DNA from: Gammaproteobacteria bacterium
GTDB lineage: Bacteria > Pseudomonadota > Gammaproteobacteria > Natronospirales > REEB76
Length of the DNA: 64,000 bases
NCBI GenBank assembly: GCA_049698775.1
Contig: JBAVYM010000009.1
Span: forward strand, 5,020-69,019
Direction of reading: 5' to 3'
Below, piece by piece: positions 53,401-62,152 of this stretch. A program made the translations under genes and the position numbers. The notes below the pieces were generated by a model that saw nothing but the letters and a program-made list of their open reading frames with translations, was not told where the DNA came from and did no database searches. Position 1 is the stretch's first letter; each line of letters opens with the position of its first letter.

Positions 53401-55608
53401 CTACGCGCCGGAACGCCGCTGCAGACCGCCGAGCAACGCACTGCTGCGCCCTGCCTCGGTCACCGGCAGACGGATGATGAGCAAGGCGCCGCCTTCGGGA
53501 TTGTTCTGGGCGCGAATGTTGCCGCCGTGCTCTTCGGCGAGCTTCTTCACGATCGCGAGACCCAGGCCCGTGCCCTTGGGCTTGCTGGTCACGTAGGGTT
53601 CGAACGCGTGACCGAGAATCTCGGTGTTGAAACCGGGACCGTTGTCTTCCACTGTAATCTCCGCCATTTCCTCGTCGCCTCGATGATAGTAATGAGTGGT
53701 GATTTTCACGCGGCCGCCCTTGCGGCCTTCGAGCGCTTCCTGGGAATTCTTGAGCAGATTATGCAGCATCTGGCGTACCCGGCCGGAATCCGCGCGCACC
53801 GGGGGCAGCTTGTCATCCAGCACCAGCTGGATGCTCATGCCGGATTCTCGCACCCGGTAGAGTTCGGTGACTTCGCCGATCAAAGCGTTCAAGTCCAGCG
53901 GTACGAATTCGAGCGCCGGGGTGTGCGCATATTCGCTGAACGCGTTGACCATGGATTTCATGGCCTCCACCTGCTGCACGATGGTGTGGGTGGCGCGCTC
54001 CAGCACGTCGGCATCCGCACCCTTGAGCAGTCCCAGGTATTTGCGGCGCATGCGCTCGGCCGCCAGCCGGATGGGTGTGAGCGGGTTCTTGATCTCATGC
54101 GCCAGGCGCCGCGCCACCTCGCCCCAGGCGGCGTCGCGTTGCGCCTCGATGAGTGCGGTCAGGTCATCGAACACGATCACGTGGCCGGGCGGTGCCTCGC
54201 CGCTGCCCGGCAGCGCGGTGCAGCTCACCATGAGCATACGCCGGCCGGTGGCGCCGTGCAGCAGCATTTCCTCGCGCCATTCGGTCTCGCGCGCTTCCAG
54301 ACGCGCGCGGCAGGCGCTCGCGAATTGGCCGAACAGCGAATCGTCACCGGCCGGCGGCGTCAGGGATTTGTTCAGATGCCGCCGCAGGTCGGCGCCGAGG
54401 ATCGCGTCGGCAGCGGGATTCGCGGTCTTGAGCACCAGATTCGCGTCCACGGAAATCACGCCTGAGGACAGGCGCGTCAACACCGCGTCCAAGTAACTGC
54501 GCTCGCTTTCCACCTGCGCACGGCTCTTGCGCGCCGCATCCTGCGCCAGCGACAGCCGTTGCGTCATCTCATTGAAGGATGACACCAGATAGCCCACCTC
54601 GTCGCGCGAAGGCAGCGGCAGGCGCGTGCTGAAATCCCCGCGCGCCACGCTGCGGGTACCTTCCACCAGGTTCTGGATCGGCTCCACCAGTTTGCGCGCC
54701 GCCACGAACGCGACCCACACCGCCATCAGCACCGACAACAACAGCACCAGCGACAAGGTGAGCATGAAACTGTACTTGAGCGGCCGACGCAGCACCGTGA
54801 GTTCGCGGTAATTGGAATACGCCGCCTGCACACGGTTGGCGAGCGCGCTCTGCTGATCGGCCACCGGGAAAATCGCCTGCAAGACTTCCGGACGCCACCA
54901 CAAACCACCGGTGGTCACCGGCACCAGCGCGCGGATATGCAGACCGTTGTCACCTACCGGGTCCAGACCGACATAGACGCGGCCGTTTCGCACCTGCATG
55001 AGCATTTCCTGGCCCGGCAGGTCCGGAATCAACTGCGCCGCCATCGAGGAGCTGGTGGCGACGATATGGCCGTCCATGCCGCTCAGCAGCGTCAGTTCTG
55101 TAGCGCCGCTCTGACGCCGCAAGCCGTCCAACGTCACCGCCACGTCGCCGGGGCTGGTGATCGTAAGACTGTTACCCATCTGTTCAGTGCGCGCCAGCAG
55201 TTCCCGCACCCGCAGTTGCAGCGCGGTGCGCGACAACTCGATGGCGTCGCTCAGAGCACGCTCTACGCGCACGTCAAACCAGGAATCTATGCCGCGGCTG
55301 ATAAATTGGACGGAAAAATAGTACACCAGCACCACCGGCACGATGGCCAGCATCACGAACATGATTACCAGGCGGGTGGTGAGCCGCGAACCGGTCACGT
55401 TGCGCCGGTATTGGACTATCAGCCGCACCAGATTGAAGCCGATGACGCTCAACAGCACCAGCACGGCGATGGCGTTGAGCAGCAGCAGGCCGCCGTGCAG
55501 ATGGTCGAACGCGGCTGAATTCGAAGTGCTCTTGCTCAACAGGATGAGCGACACCAGCATGACGACCACGCCGGCGGCGATCACGAGAGGCATGAGATAA
55601 CGTCTCAT
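53401..55608 (-). CDS. ntrY: NtrY-like sensor histidine kinase (multi-TM, HAMP, PAS, HisKA, HATPase)
   Basis: LAHEIKNPLTPIRLAAERMRRK H-box. LLKNSQEAL, DNGPGF, GTGLGLAIVKKLAEEHGG. Confidence 0.8.
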   Translation of the reverse strand: MRRYLMPLVIAAGVVVMLVSLILLSKSTSNSAAFDHLHGGLLLLNAIAVLVLLSVIGFNLVRLIVQYRRNVTGSRLTTRLVIMFVMLAIVPVVLVYYFSVQFISRGIDSWFDVRVERALSDAIELSRTALQLRVRELLARTEQMGNSLTITSPGDVAVTLDGLRRQSGATELTLLSGMDGHIVATSSSMAAQLIPDLPGQEMLMQVRNGRVYVGLDPVGDNGLHIRALVPVTTGGLWWRPEVLQAIFPVADQQSALANRVQAAYSNYRELTVLRRPLKYSFMLTLSLVLLLSVLMAVWVAFVAARKLVEPIQNLVEGTRSVARGDFSTRLPLPSRDEVGYLVSSFNEMTQRLSLAQDAARKSRAQVESERSYLDAVLTRLSSGVISVDANLVLKTANPAADAILGADLRRHLNKSLTPPAGDDSLFGQFASACRARLEARETEWREEMLLHGATGRRMLMVSCTALPGSGEAPPGHVIVFDDLTALIEAQRDAAWGEVARRLAHEIKNPLTPIRLAAERMRRKYLGLLKGADADVLERATHTIVQQVEAMKSMVNAFSEYAHTPALEFVPLDLNALIGEVTELYRVRESGMSIQLVLDDKLPPVRADSGRVRQMLHNLLKNSQEALEGRKGGRVKITTHYYHRGDEEMAEITVEDNGPGFNTEILGHAFEPYVTSKPKGTGLGLAIVKKLAEEHGGNIRAQNNPEGGALLIIRLPVTEAGRSSALLGGLQRRSGA

Positions 55609-56207
55609 GAAGCCAGCTCCCAGGCGTACCAGTCGCTGGACAGATCCCAGCCCTTGAACAACGAAGCGATGAGTTTCAGCGGTCCGGGAAAATCCGTGAT
55701 GTCCAGTACCGCGCGCATGCGAATCATGTACTGGGTGTGCGGCTCCAGCAGGCCCGCGTCTATCACCGGCAGATCATTCACCTGGCCGAGGTTGGTGATG
55801 GCGTCGCGGTAACTGGCGAAGCTCTGTTGCTCGCCGCTGTTCAGGTTCTTGATGACAAAACGGCGCGTGAGCGGATGGTAGCTGATCTGGTAGCGTTCGG
55901 TGAGCGTCGCCACGGTCTTGTTCCAGATGAAGCGGCGGTGCCGAATCACCTCGATCTGCCATTCCACCGTGAGTGGCACGCCGTTTTCAAGTGCGTTGAG
56001 CGCGTCCTCGCTCATGCCCAGGTCCACGTCGGCGCTCAGGTAGTACACGCCATTGAGGAGTTCCGTGTACGCGGTGCGGATCACAAATCCGCCCTGGGTG
56101 TTTTCCGCGTGAACCACGGGCATCAGACAAGCCGCGCTCAACACGCAGGCCAGTACGGTCAAGCCGGTACGGCGCAAGATACGATTAAAGTGCGGCACGT
56201 GCTTCAT
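55605..56207 (-). CDS. DUF4390-domain periplasmic protein
   Basis: Signal peptide. ...YYLSADVDLGMSEDALNALENGVPLTVEWQIEVIRHRRFIWNKTVATLTERYQISYHPLTRRF. Conserved position between rsmB and ntrY. Confidence 0.8.
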   Translation of the reverse strand: MKHVPHFNRILRRTGLTVLACVLSAACLMPVVHAENTQGGFVIRTAYTELLNGVYYLSADVDLGMSEDALNALENGVPLTVEWQIEVIRHRRFIWNKTVATLTERYQISYHPLTRRFVIKNLNSGEQQSFASYRDAITNLGQVNDLPVIDAGLLEPHTQYMIRMRAVLDITDFPGPLKLIASLFKGWDLSSDWYAWELAS

Positions 56208-57526
56208 GCATCGGACAGTCGTTCAGTTTTTTCCAGACAAGCATAATAAAACCCGTCCATGCGATTCCGGCCGGTGAGAGTCTGCCGGCCGGGAGGCGCA
56301 TTCACGCCCCAGCCGCAGCGCAACTCTACCGGCCGCGCATCCGGGTGGGCCGCCAGGAAAGTTTGCGCCTGGCGGGCGTTCTCCTCGTCCAGCACCGAAC
56401 AGGTGGCGTACAGCAGCTTACCGCCGCGGGCCAGCAGCGGCCAGAGCGCCGTGAGCAGGCGGCCTTGCAGCGCGGTGGCCGCGGCAATGTCCTGTGGGCG
56501 GCGACGTATCTTGATGTCGGGATGACGGCGGATCACGCCCGTGGCGCTGCAAGGTGCGTCCAACAAGATGCGCTCGAAGGGCCGCCGGTCCCACCAATCC
56601 TGCGGGCGGGTGGCGTCTGCCACCTTGACCTCGGCGGCGAGGCCCAGGCGTTGCAGATTCTGGTGGATCTTCTGGACACGCGGCGCGTCGTTGTCCAGGG
56701 CCAGGACTTGCGCGCCGGGACAATGTTCCAGCACATGGCAAGTCTTGCCGCCGGGCGCCGCGCACGCATCCAGTACCCGCATGCCCGCGTGTATATCCAG
56801 CAACTGCGCCGCGAGTTGCGCCGCCTCGTCCTGTACGGAAAATTTTCCCGCACCAAATCCGGGCAGCGTTTCCACATCCAGCGGCTTCGCCAGCGTCAGC
56901 CCAGCTTCGGAAAATTCGCACGCCTGCGCACCGATGCCGGCGGCTGCGAATTCCGCAAGCAGTCCGTCACGCGTGGTGGCGCGGCGATTGACGCGCAGCG
57001 TCAACGGCGGCCGGGCATTGTTGGCTTCGAGAATCCCTTGCCAGTCGTCGGGCCAGGATGCCTGGATGCGTTCGATCAACCAGTCGGGATGGGCGTAATA
57101 CGCGGCTGCATGTCGAGGCAAATCCGATTGGAACTGCACCTGCTCCCGCTGGAAACGGCGCAGCACCGCATTCACCAATTTCACGGCCCAGGGTTTGTGC
57201 AAAAGCCGGGCGGCCTCGGCGCTTTCTTGAACCGCGGCATGCGCCGGCACCCGCATTTCCGTGAGTTGATACAGGCCCAGCACCAGCAGCGCCTGAATAT
57301 CACGATCCCGATCCTTGAGGGATTGTTCCAGCAACTGCGAGACCCAGAATTCCAGCCGCGGCAGGAATCGCAGCGTGCCGTAACAAAGTTCCCGCACCAG
57401 TGACGCATCGCGCTTCGCGAGCGTGAGCGGAATCAACTGGCGCAGCGCGGCATCGAGATACTGGCCATCATGCAACACCGCCACCAGCACCTGGGCTGCC
57501 ACGGCGCGCGGCGAGGCGGCCGGCAT
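56204..57526 (-). CDS. rsmB: 16S rRNA (cytosine967-C5)-methyltransferase
   Basis: N-terminal NusB-like domain. SAM motif DACAAPGGKT, ...ILLDAPCSATGVIRRHPDIK..., LLYATCS. Confidence 0.9.
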   Translation of the reverse strand: MPAASPRAVAAQVLVAVLHDGQYLDAALRQLIPLTLAKRDASLVRELCYGTLRFLPRLEFWVSQLLEQSLKDRDRDIQALLVLGLYQLTEMRVPAHAAVQESAEAARLLHKPWAVKLVNAVLRRFQREQVQFQSDLPRHAAAYYAHPDWLIERIQASWPDDWQGILEANNARPPLTLRVNRRATTRDGLLAEFAAAGIGAQACEFSEAGLTLAKPLDVETLPGFGAGKFSVQDEAAQLAAQLLDIHAGMRVLDACAAPGGKTCHVLEHCPGAQVLALDNDAPRVQKIHQNLQRLGLAAEVKVADATRPQDWWDRRPFERILLDAPCSATGVIRRHPDIKIRRRPQDIAAATALQGRLLTALWPLLARGGKLLYATCSVLDEENARQAQTFLAAHPDARPVELRCGWGVNAPPGRQTLTGRNRMDGFYYACLEKTERLSDA

Positions 57527-58458
57527 CAGTCAAAACACCGGCCAACCAGGGCGCGGGCATGCGCAAACTCCGCCGCCGGCATGCGGCGCCCGCCGGCGGC
57601 CTGCAATTCACTGATGCGCAATACGCCGTTGCCCGTGGCCACATCAATACCGTCACGGCCGGTCTCGATGATGCTGCCGGACTTGGCGGAAACTACGGCG
57701 GAAATCGCCCGTGCGCGCCAGATGCGCAAGGGCTCACCCTGCCAGCGGGTATGCGCGACCGGCCAGGGATTGTATGCGCGCACCTGCCGCGCCAGCTCCG
57801 ATGCCGGCAGTGGCCAATCGAGACGGGATTCCTCGCGGGTGAGTTTTGCCGCATAGGTGGTTCTCGATTCATCCTGCGGTACAGGTTTGGCATCCGGCAT
57901 TTGCGCCAGCCATTCCACGATCGCGTCCGCACCCAATGCCGCCAGCCGGTCATGCAGGGTTTGTGCGGTATCGTCGTCGTGAATCGCCGTGCGGCGCGTG
58001 CTCAACAGGTCGCCGGTATCCAGACCCCGATTCATTTGCATGAGCGTGATGCCGCTTTCCGCATCACCCGCCAGGATTGCGCGCTGAATGGGCGCGGCGC
58101 CGCGCCAGCGCGGCAACAGCGAGGCATGGATGTTGACGCAACCGTAGCGCGGAATCTCGAGCACCGCGGCGGGCAGCAACAAACCATACGCCGCCACCAC
58201 CATCACATCGGGCCCCGTGGATTTGATTTGCGCGCGTGCATCGGTGTGCTTGAGTGTGTCCGGCTGATACACCGGCAGGTTCAACTCGAGCGCACGGCGT
58301 TTCACCGGCGAGCTGCGGAGTTTGCGGCCGCGGCCGGCCGGCCGGTCCGGCTGGGTCCAAACGCCGACCACGGCATGCTGCGTGGCCACCAACGCCTCGA
58401 GCGTCGGCATGGCAAACTCAGGCGTGCCGGCGAAGGCGATACGTAAGGACGTTGTCAT
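57526..58458 (-). CDS. fmt: Methionyl-tRNA formyltransferase
   Basis: MTTSLRIAFAGTPEFAMPTLEAL...VVAAYGLLLP...GCVNIHASLLPRWRGAAPIQRAI. ATG 58458 is preferred. Confidence 0.9.
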   Translation of the reverse strand: MTTSLRIAFAGTPEFAMPTLEALVATQHAVVGVWTQPDRPAGRGRKLRSSPVKRRALELNLPVYQPDTLKHTDARAQIKSTGPDVMVVAAYGLLLPAAVLEIPRYGCVNIHASLLPRWRGAAPIQRAILAGDAESGITLMQMNRGLDTGDLLSTRRTAIHDDDTAQTLHDRLAALGADAIVEWLAQMPDAKPVPQDESRTTYAAKLTREESRLDWPLPASELARQVRAYNPWPVAHTRWQGEPLRIWRARAISAVVSAKSGSIIETGRDGIDVATGNGVLRISELQAAGGRRMPAAEFAHARALVGRCFD

Positions 58459-58497
58459 GAACGGCCTCGGCAAAACGGAGATGGGCCGGGAAAGAAA

Positions 58498-59031
58498 TCA
58501 GATGGCCGGTGCGGCGTCATGCACGCCGTCGCGTTCATCGCGCTGTTCTTTTTCCAATTTCTTGCGGATACGCCGGCGCTTGAGTTCCGAGAGATAGTCC
58601 ACGAACAGCTTGCCGTCCAGATGATCTATTTCATGCTGAATACACACCGCCAATAAACCATCCGCGTTGAATTCGAGAACCTTGCCGTCGCGGTCCAAGG
58701 CGCGCACCCGGATACGCTCGGCGCGCTGCACGTCCTCGAACACCCCCGGCACCGACAGACAGCCTTCCTGCATGGTTTCGCTGCCCTCCCGCGACAGGAT
58801 TTCCGGATTGATGAACACGCGCGCTTCGTTGCCCTTCTCGGATACGTCCACCACCATGACGCGCTCGTCCACCCCCACCTGGGTGGCCGCCAAGCCGATG
58901 CCCGGTGCGGCATACATGGTTTCCAACATAGCGTCCGCGAGCCGGCGGGTCTCGGCGCTCACCGCCGGCAGCGGCCGGGCACGGATTCGCAGCCGCGGGT
59001 CGGGGTAATGCAGGATGGTCAACAAGGCCAT
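58498..59031 (-). CDS. def: Peptide deformylase
   Basis: [15 protein letters not shown]...[10 protein letters not shown]...EGCLSVPG...QHEIDHLDG (three PDF motifs). ATG 59031. Confidence 0.9.
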   Translation of the reverse strand: MALLTILHYPDPRLRIRARPLPAVSAETRRLADAMLETMYAAPGIGLAATQVGVDERVMVVDVSEKGNEARVFINPEILSREGSETMQEGCLSVPGVFEDVQRAERIRVRALDRDGKVLEFNADGLLAVCIQHEIDHLDGKLFVDYLSELKRRRIRKKLEKEQRDERDGVHDAAPAI

Positions 59032-59232
59032 GGTTCTATCCGGATGGGGTGGGGAGCCCCGGTTTCTCAAGGGGGCCGCTGCAATCTTCATGCACTTTTG
59101 CACAAAATGCTGCTAAAGTTATGATGCTACTAACAAGTTGCCCGGCACATCCACCATTCTGGAGGCCCGCCGCCGTCGCGGGAAGAGGCCTGAAAACGTG
59201 GGGACCGCCAGGCGCGTCGTGGAGATTGCCCG

Positions 59233-60405
59233 ATGAAAGATTATAGCGCGACCCGCTGTCTAACCGCCCTGTGCCTGGCCGGCTTGCTCGCCGCCTGCGC
59301 GCACGCGCCGCAAAAACCTGTGGCTGCAGCCGCACCGCCACCCGCGCAGCCGCCTCCCCAGGAACAACCCGCGGCTCCGCCACCGGCGCCGGTCATGCAA
59401 CCGCAGGCGCCACGCTCCTACGTGGTGAAGAAGGGCGATACCCTGTGGGGCATCGCTTCCATGTATCTGCAGGATCCTTGGCACTGGCCGGACATCTGGT
59501 ACGCCAATTCGGCCATCAAGAACCCCCACCTTATTTATCCCGGTGACCAGTTGATGCTGGGCTACATCAATGGGCGGCCGAGCCTCACCGTAGTGCGTAA
59601 CGGCAAGGTCGTCACCGAAGCAACGGAAGCAGCAGCCGAGACCACCCTGCCGACCGAGAAGCTGGAACCACAGATTCGCTATTCGCCTCTCAATCAGGCC
59701 ATCCCGGCGATTCCGCTTAATTCCATCAGCCAATTCATAACCGGCACACGCGTGGTGAGCAGCGACGAGCTCAATGATGCGGGCTATCTGCTGCGTGCTC
59801 TCGACAACCGGCCGGTAATCGGCGCGGGCAGCAAAGTGTATGCGCGCGGTCTCAAGCAATCCGAAGGCGGCCGCTACAACCTGTTCCGTTTGGGCGAGAA
59901 ATACGTGGACCCCGACAACGGCGACACACTCGGCTACGAGGCCACTTACATCGGTGACGGCAGTGTCGAAGTCTGGGGCGATCCCTCGAAAGTGCTGCTC
60001 ACCGCTACCGCCCAGGAAGCCATGGCGGGAGACCGTTTCCTGGCGGTGACCGCCCATCAGCTCAACCAGAACTACATGCCCCACGCACCCGCGCAACCGG
60101 TGAAGGGCAACATCATTTCGGTGCTGGGCGGCGTGCTGGAAATCGGTCAATACCAGGTGGTCGTGCTGGATCGTGGCAGCGACGCGGGCCTCGATCAAGG
60201 CACCGTGCTGGGCATTTACAGCCGTGGCGACAAGGTCAGCGATTCTTATGCTTTCGACGGCCTCAGCAGTTCCGTGAAACTGCCGGAAGAGCGCGAAGGT
60301 ACGCTGTTGGTGTTCCGCACTTTCCCGAAGGTGAGCTACGGTCTGGTGATGGAAGCCAAGAGCGAAATTCATCTGCTCGATGTAGTCAAAAATCCGGCTC
60401 CTTAA
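59233..60405 (+). CDS. LysM-domain lipoprotein
   Basis: Lipobox LLAAC. LysM YVVKKGDTLWGIASMYLQDPWHWPDIWYANSAIKNPHLIYPGDQL. Conserved def-LysM-dprA context. Confidence 0.85.
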   Translation: MKDYSATRCLTALCLAGLLAACAHAPQKPVAAAAPPPAQPPPQEQPAAPPPAPVMQPQAPRSYVVKKGDTLWGIASMYLQDPWHWPDIWYANSAIKNPHLIYPGDQLMLGYINGRPSLTVVRNGKVVTEATEAAAETTLPTEKLEPQIRYSPLNQAIPAIPLNSISQFITGTRVVSSDELNDAGYLLRALDNRPVIGAGSKVYARGLKQSEGGRYNLFRLGEKYVDPDNGDTLGYEATYIGDGSVEVWGDPSKVLLTATAQEAMAGDRFLAVTAHQLNQNYMPHAPAQPVKGNIISVLGGVLEIGQYQVVVLDRGSDAGLDQGTVLGIYSRGDKVSDSYAFDGLSSSVKLPEEREGTLLVFRTFPKVSYGLVMEAKSEIHLLDVVKNPAP

Positions 60406-60426
60406 CCCCAGAAGAGGGATCGGGAC

Positions 60427-61551
60427 ATAGACGCACAGGACGCGACTTACTGGCTGGCGCTGGTCCGGGCTCCCGGCCTCGGACCCGCAGCCTTCTCTAC
60501 GCTGCTGACGCACTGCGGCACGCCAGCGGGAATTTTCGCCGCGACTCCCCATGATCTTGCCGGACTTGGCCTGCGCACGGAAACCAGTGAATGGCTGAAG
60601 ACGCCCGATTGGGCGGCCCTGGAAAAAGACCGGCATTGGCTGGAAAATTCCGGCGCAAGTTTGCTGCCGTGCACCGATCCCGCCTACCCGTCACTACTCA
60701 AGCAGATTTCCGATCCGCCCATTGCGCTGTTTCTGCGCGGTAACGCGAGCCTGCTCGGTAATCCGCAGCTCGCCATCGTGGGCAGCCGCAATCCCAGCAC
60801 CGAAGGCCGGCGCAACGCAGAAGAATTTGCCGCGTATCTCGCGCGTTGCGGCTTGACCATCACCAGCGGCATGGCGCTCGGCATTGATGCCGCCGGTCAT
60901 CGCGGCGCGCTCAAAGCGGGCGGAACCACGATTGCGATTCTTGGCACCGGTCTCGACAAAGTGTATCCGCCGAGCCATCGGGAACTGTGCGAAGAAATCG
61001 CGGTCAAGGGTCTGGTGGTCTCGGAATTCCCGCCCGGCACGCCACCATTGCCACACAATTTTCCGCGCCGCAACCGGTTGATCAGCGGACTGTCCGTGGG
61101 CGTGCTGGTGGTGGAAGCGGCACAATCCAGCGGTTCGCTCATCACCGCCCGGCTTGCCAGCGAACAGGGCCGCGAAGTGTTCGCCATCCCCGGTTCCATC
61201 CACAATCCGCTGGCGCGCGGCTGTCATCGCTTGATCCGCGAGGGCGCCAAGCTGGTGGAATCCGCCGGCGACATCCTCGAGGAACTGGCGCCGTTGCTGA
61301 AACTGGAACCGATGCGTGTGCTTGAACAAAATCAAACCCGCACGACGACGACCGCGGCCGAGGATCCCGAATACCGGCTGCTCTTGAATTCGATGGATTA
61401 CGCACCCACTTCGGTGGATGCTTTGGTGGAGCGCACCGGATTGACGCCCGACGTGGTTTCCTCCATGCTGCTGATGCTCGAGCTTCAGGGCCAAGTGGAA
61501 GCAGCACCGGGCGGACATTATTCCCGGGTCAACAAGAGGCCAACGTCATGA
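60427..61551 (+). CDS. dprA: DNA-processing protein DprA (Smf); 5' end uncertain because there is no canonical start codon
   Basis: The frame is open from 60406. Conserved N-terminus WLALVRAPGLGPAAFSTLLTHCG lies upstream of the ORF-track TTG (60661). Rossmann-like core LAIVGSRNPS..., GLTITSGMALGIDAAGHRGAL, ...GSLITARLASEQGREVFAIPG. Confidence 0.75.
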   Translation: MDAQDATYWLALVRAPGLGPAAFSTLLTHCGTPAGIFAATPHDLAGLGLRTETSEWLKTPDWAALEKDRHWLENSGASLLPCTDPAYPSLLKQISDPPIALFLRGNASLLGNPQLAIVGSRNPSTEGRRNAEEFAAYLARCGLTITSGMALGIDAAGHRGALKAGGTTIAILGTGLDKVYPPSHRELCEEIAVKGLVVSEFPPGTPPLPHNFPRRNRLISGLSVGVLVVEAAQSSGSLITARLASEQGREVFAIPGSIHNPLARGCHRLIREGAKLVESAGDILEELAPLLKLEPMRVLEQNQTRTTTTAAEDPEYRLLLNSMDYAPTSVDALVERTGLTPDVVSSMLLMLELQGQVEAAPGGHYSRVNKRPTS

Positions 61552-62030
61552 TGAAAGAAAATGTGCTTGACGTGCTCATGTACCTGTTCGAGAACTACCT
61601 GGACGATGACGAGGAAGAAACGGAGACCGACCGCGAATCGCTGACCGTGGAACTGGAAGAAGCCGGTTTCCCCAAAGCCGAAATCAACAAGGCCTTCGAC
61701 TGGCTGGAGAATCTGGCGACGAATCCGCCGGAAACCGAACCGGTACTCAACCGCCACGATGGCTTTCGCGTGTACGCCGAAGCCGAGCTGGAACGCCTCA
61801 CCACCGAATGCCGCGGCTTCATGCAGTATCTGGAAAACATCGGCATCCTCGACGCCGCACAGCGTGAAGTGGTGATCGAGCGCATCATGGCGCTGGACAG
61901 CAGCGAGATTGACCTGGAACAGGTGAAGTGGATCATCCTCATGGTGTTGTTCAACCGGCCCGGACAGGAAGACGCGTATTCACGCATGGAAGATCTGGTA
62001 TTCGATGATTCACTCGGCGTGATGCACTGA
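61548..62030 (+). CDS. smg: Smg (DUF494) protein
   Basis: MMKENVLDVLMYLFENYLDDD...LEEAGFPKAEINKAFDWLENL. Overlaps the dprA stop. Confidence 0.85.
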   Translation: MMKENVLDVLMYLFENYLDDDEEETETDRESLTVELEEAGFPKAEINKAFDWLENLATNPPETEPVLNRHDGFRVYAEAELERLTTECRGFMQYLENIGILDAAQREVVIERIMALDSSEIDLEQVKWIILMVLFNRPGQEDAYSRMEDLVFDDSLGVMH

Positions 62031-62152
62031 TTTACAGCGCGCCATGAGACCCGTCACGGCGATCCCGCGGCGGGTTTTTGTTGCCGCTGTGTACGCCTGA
62101 CGACCCCTCGGACTTGCCGCCGCACTGACATTTGTAGTATTGCTGTATATAT

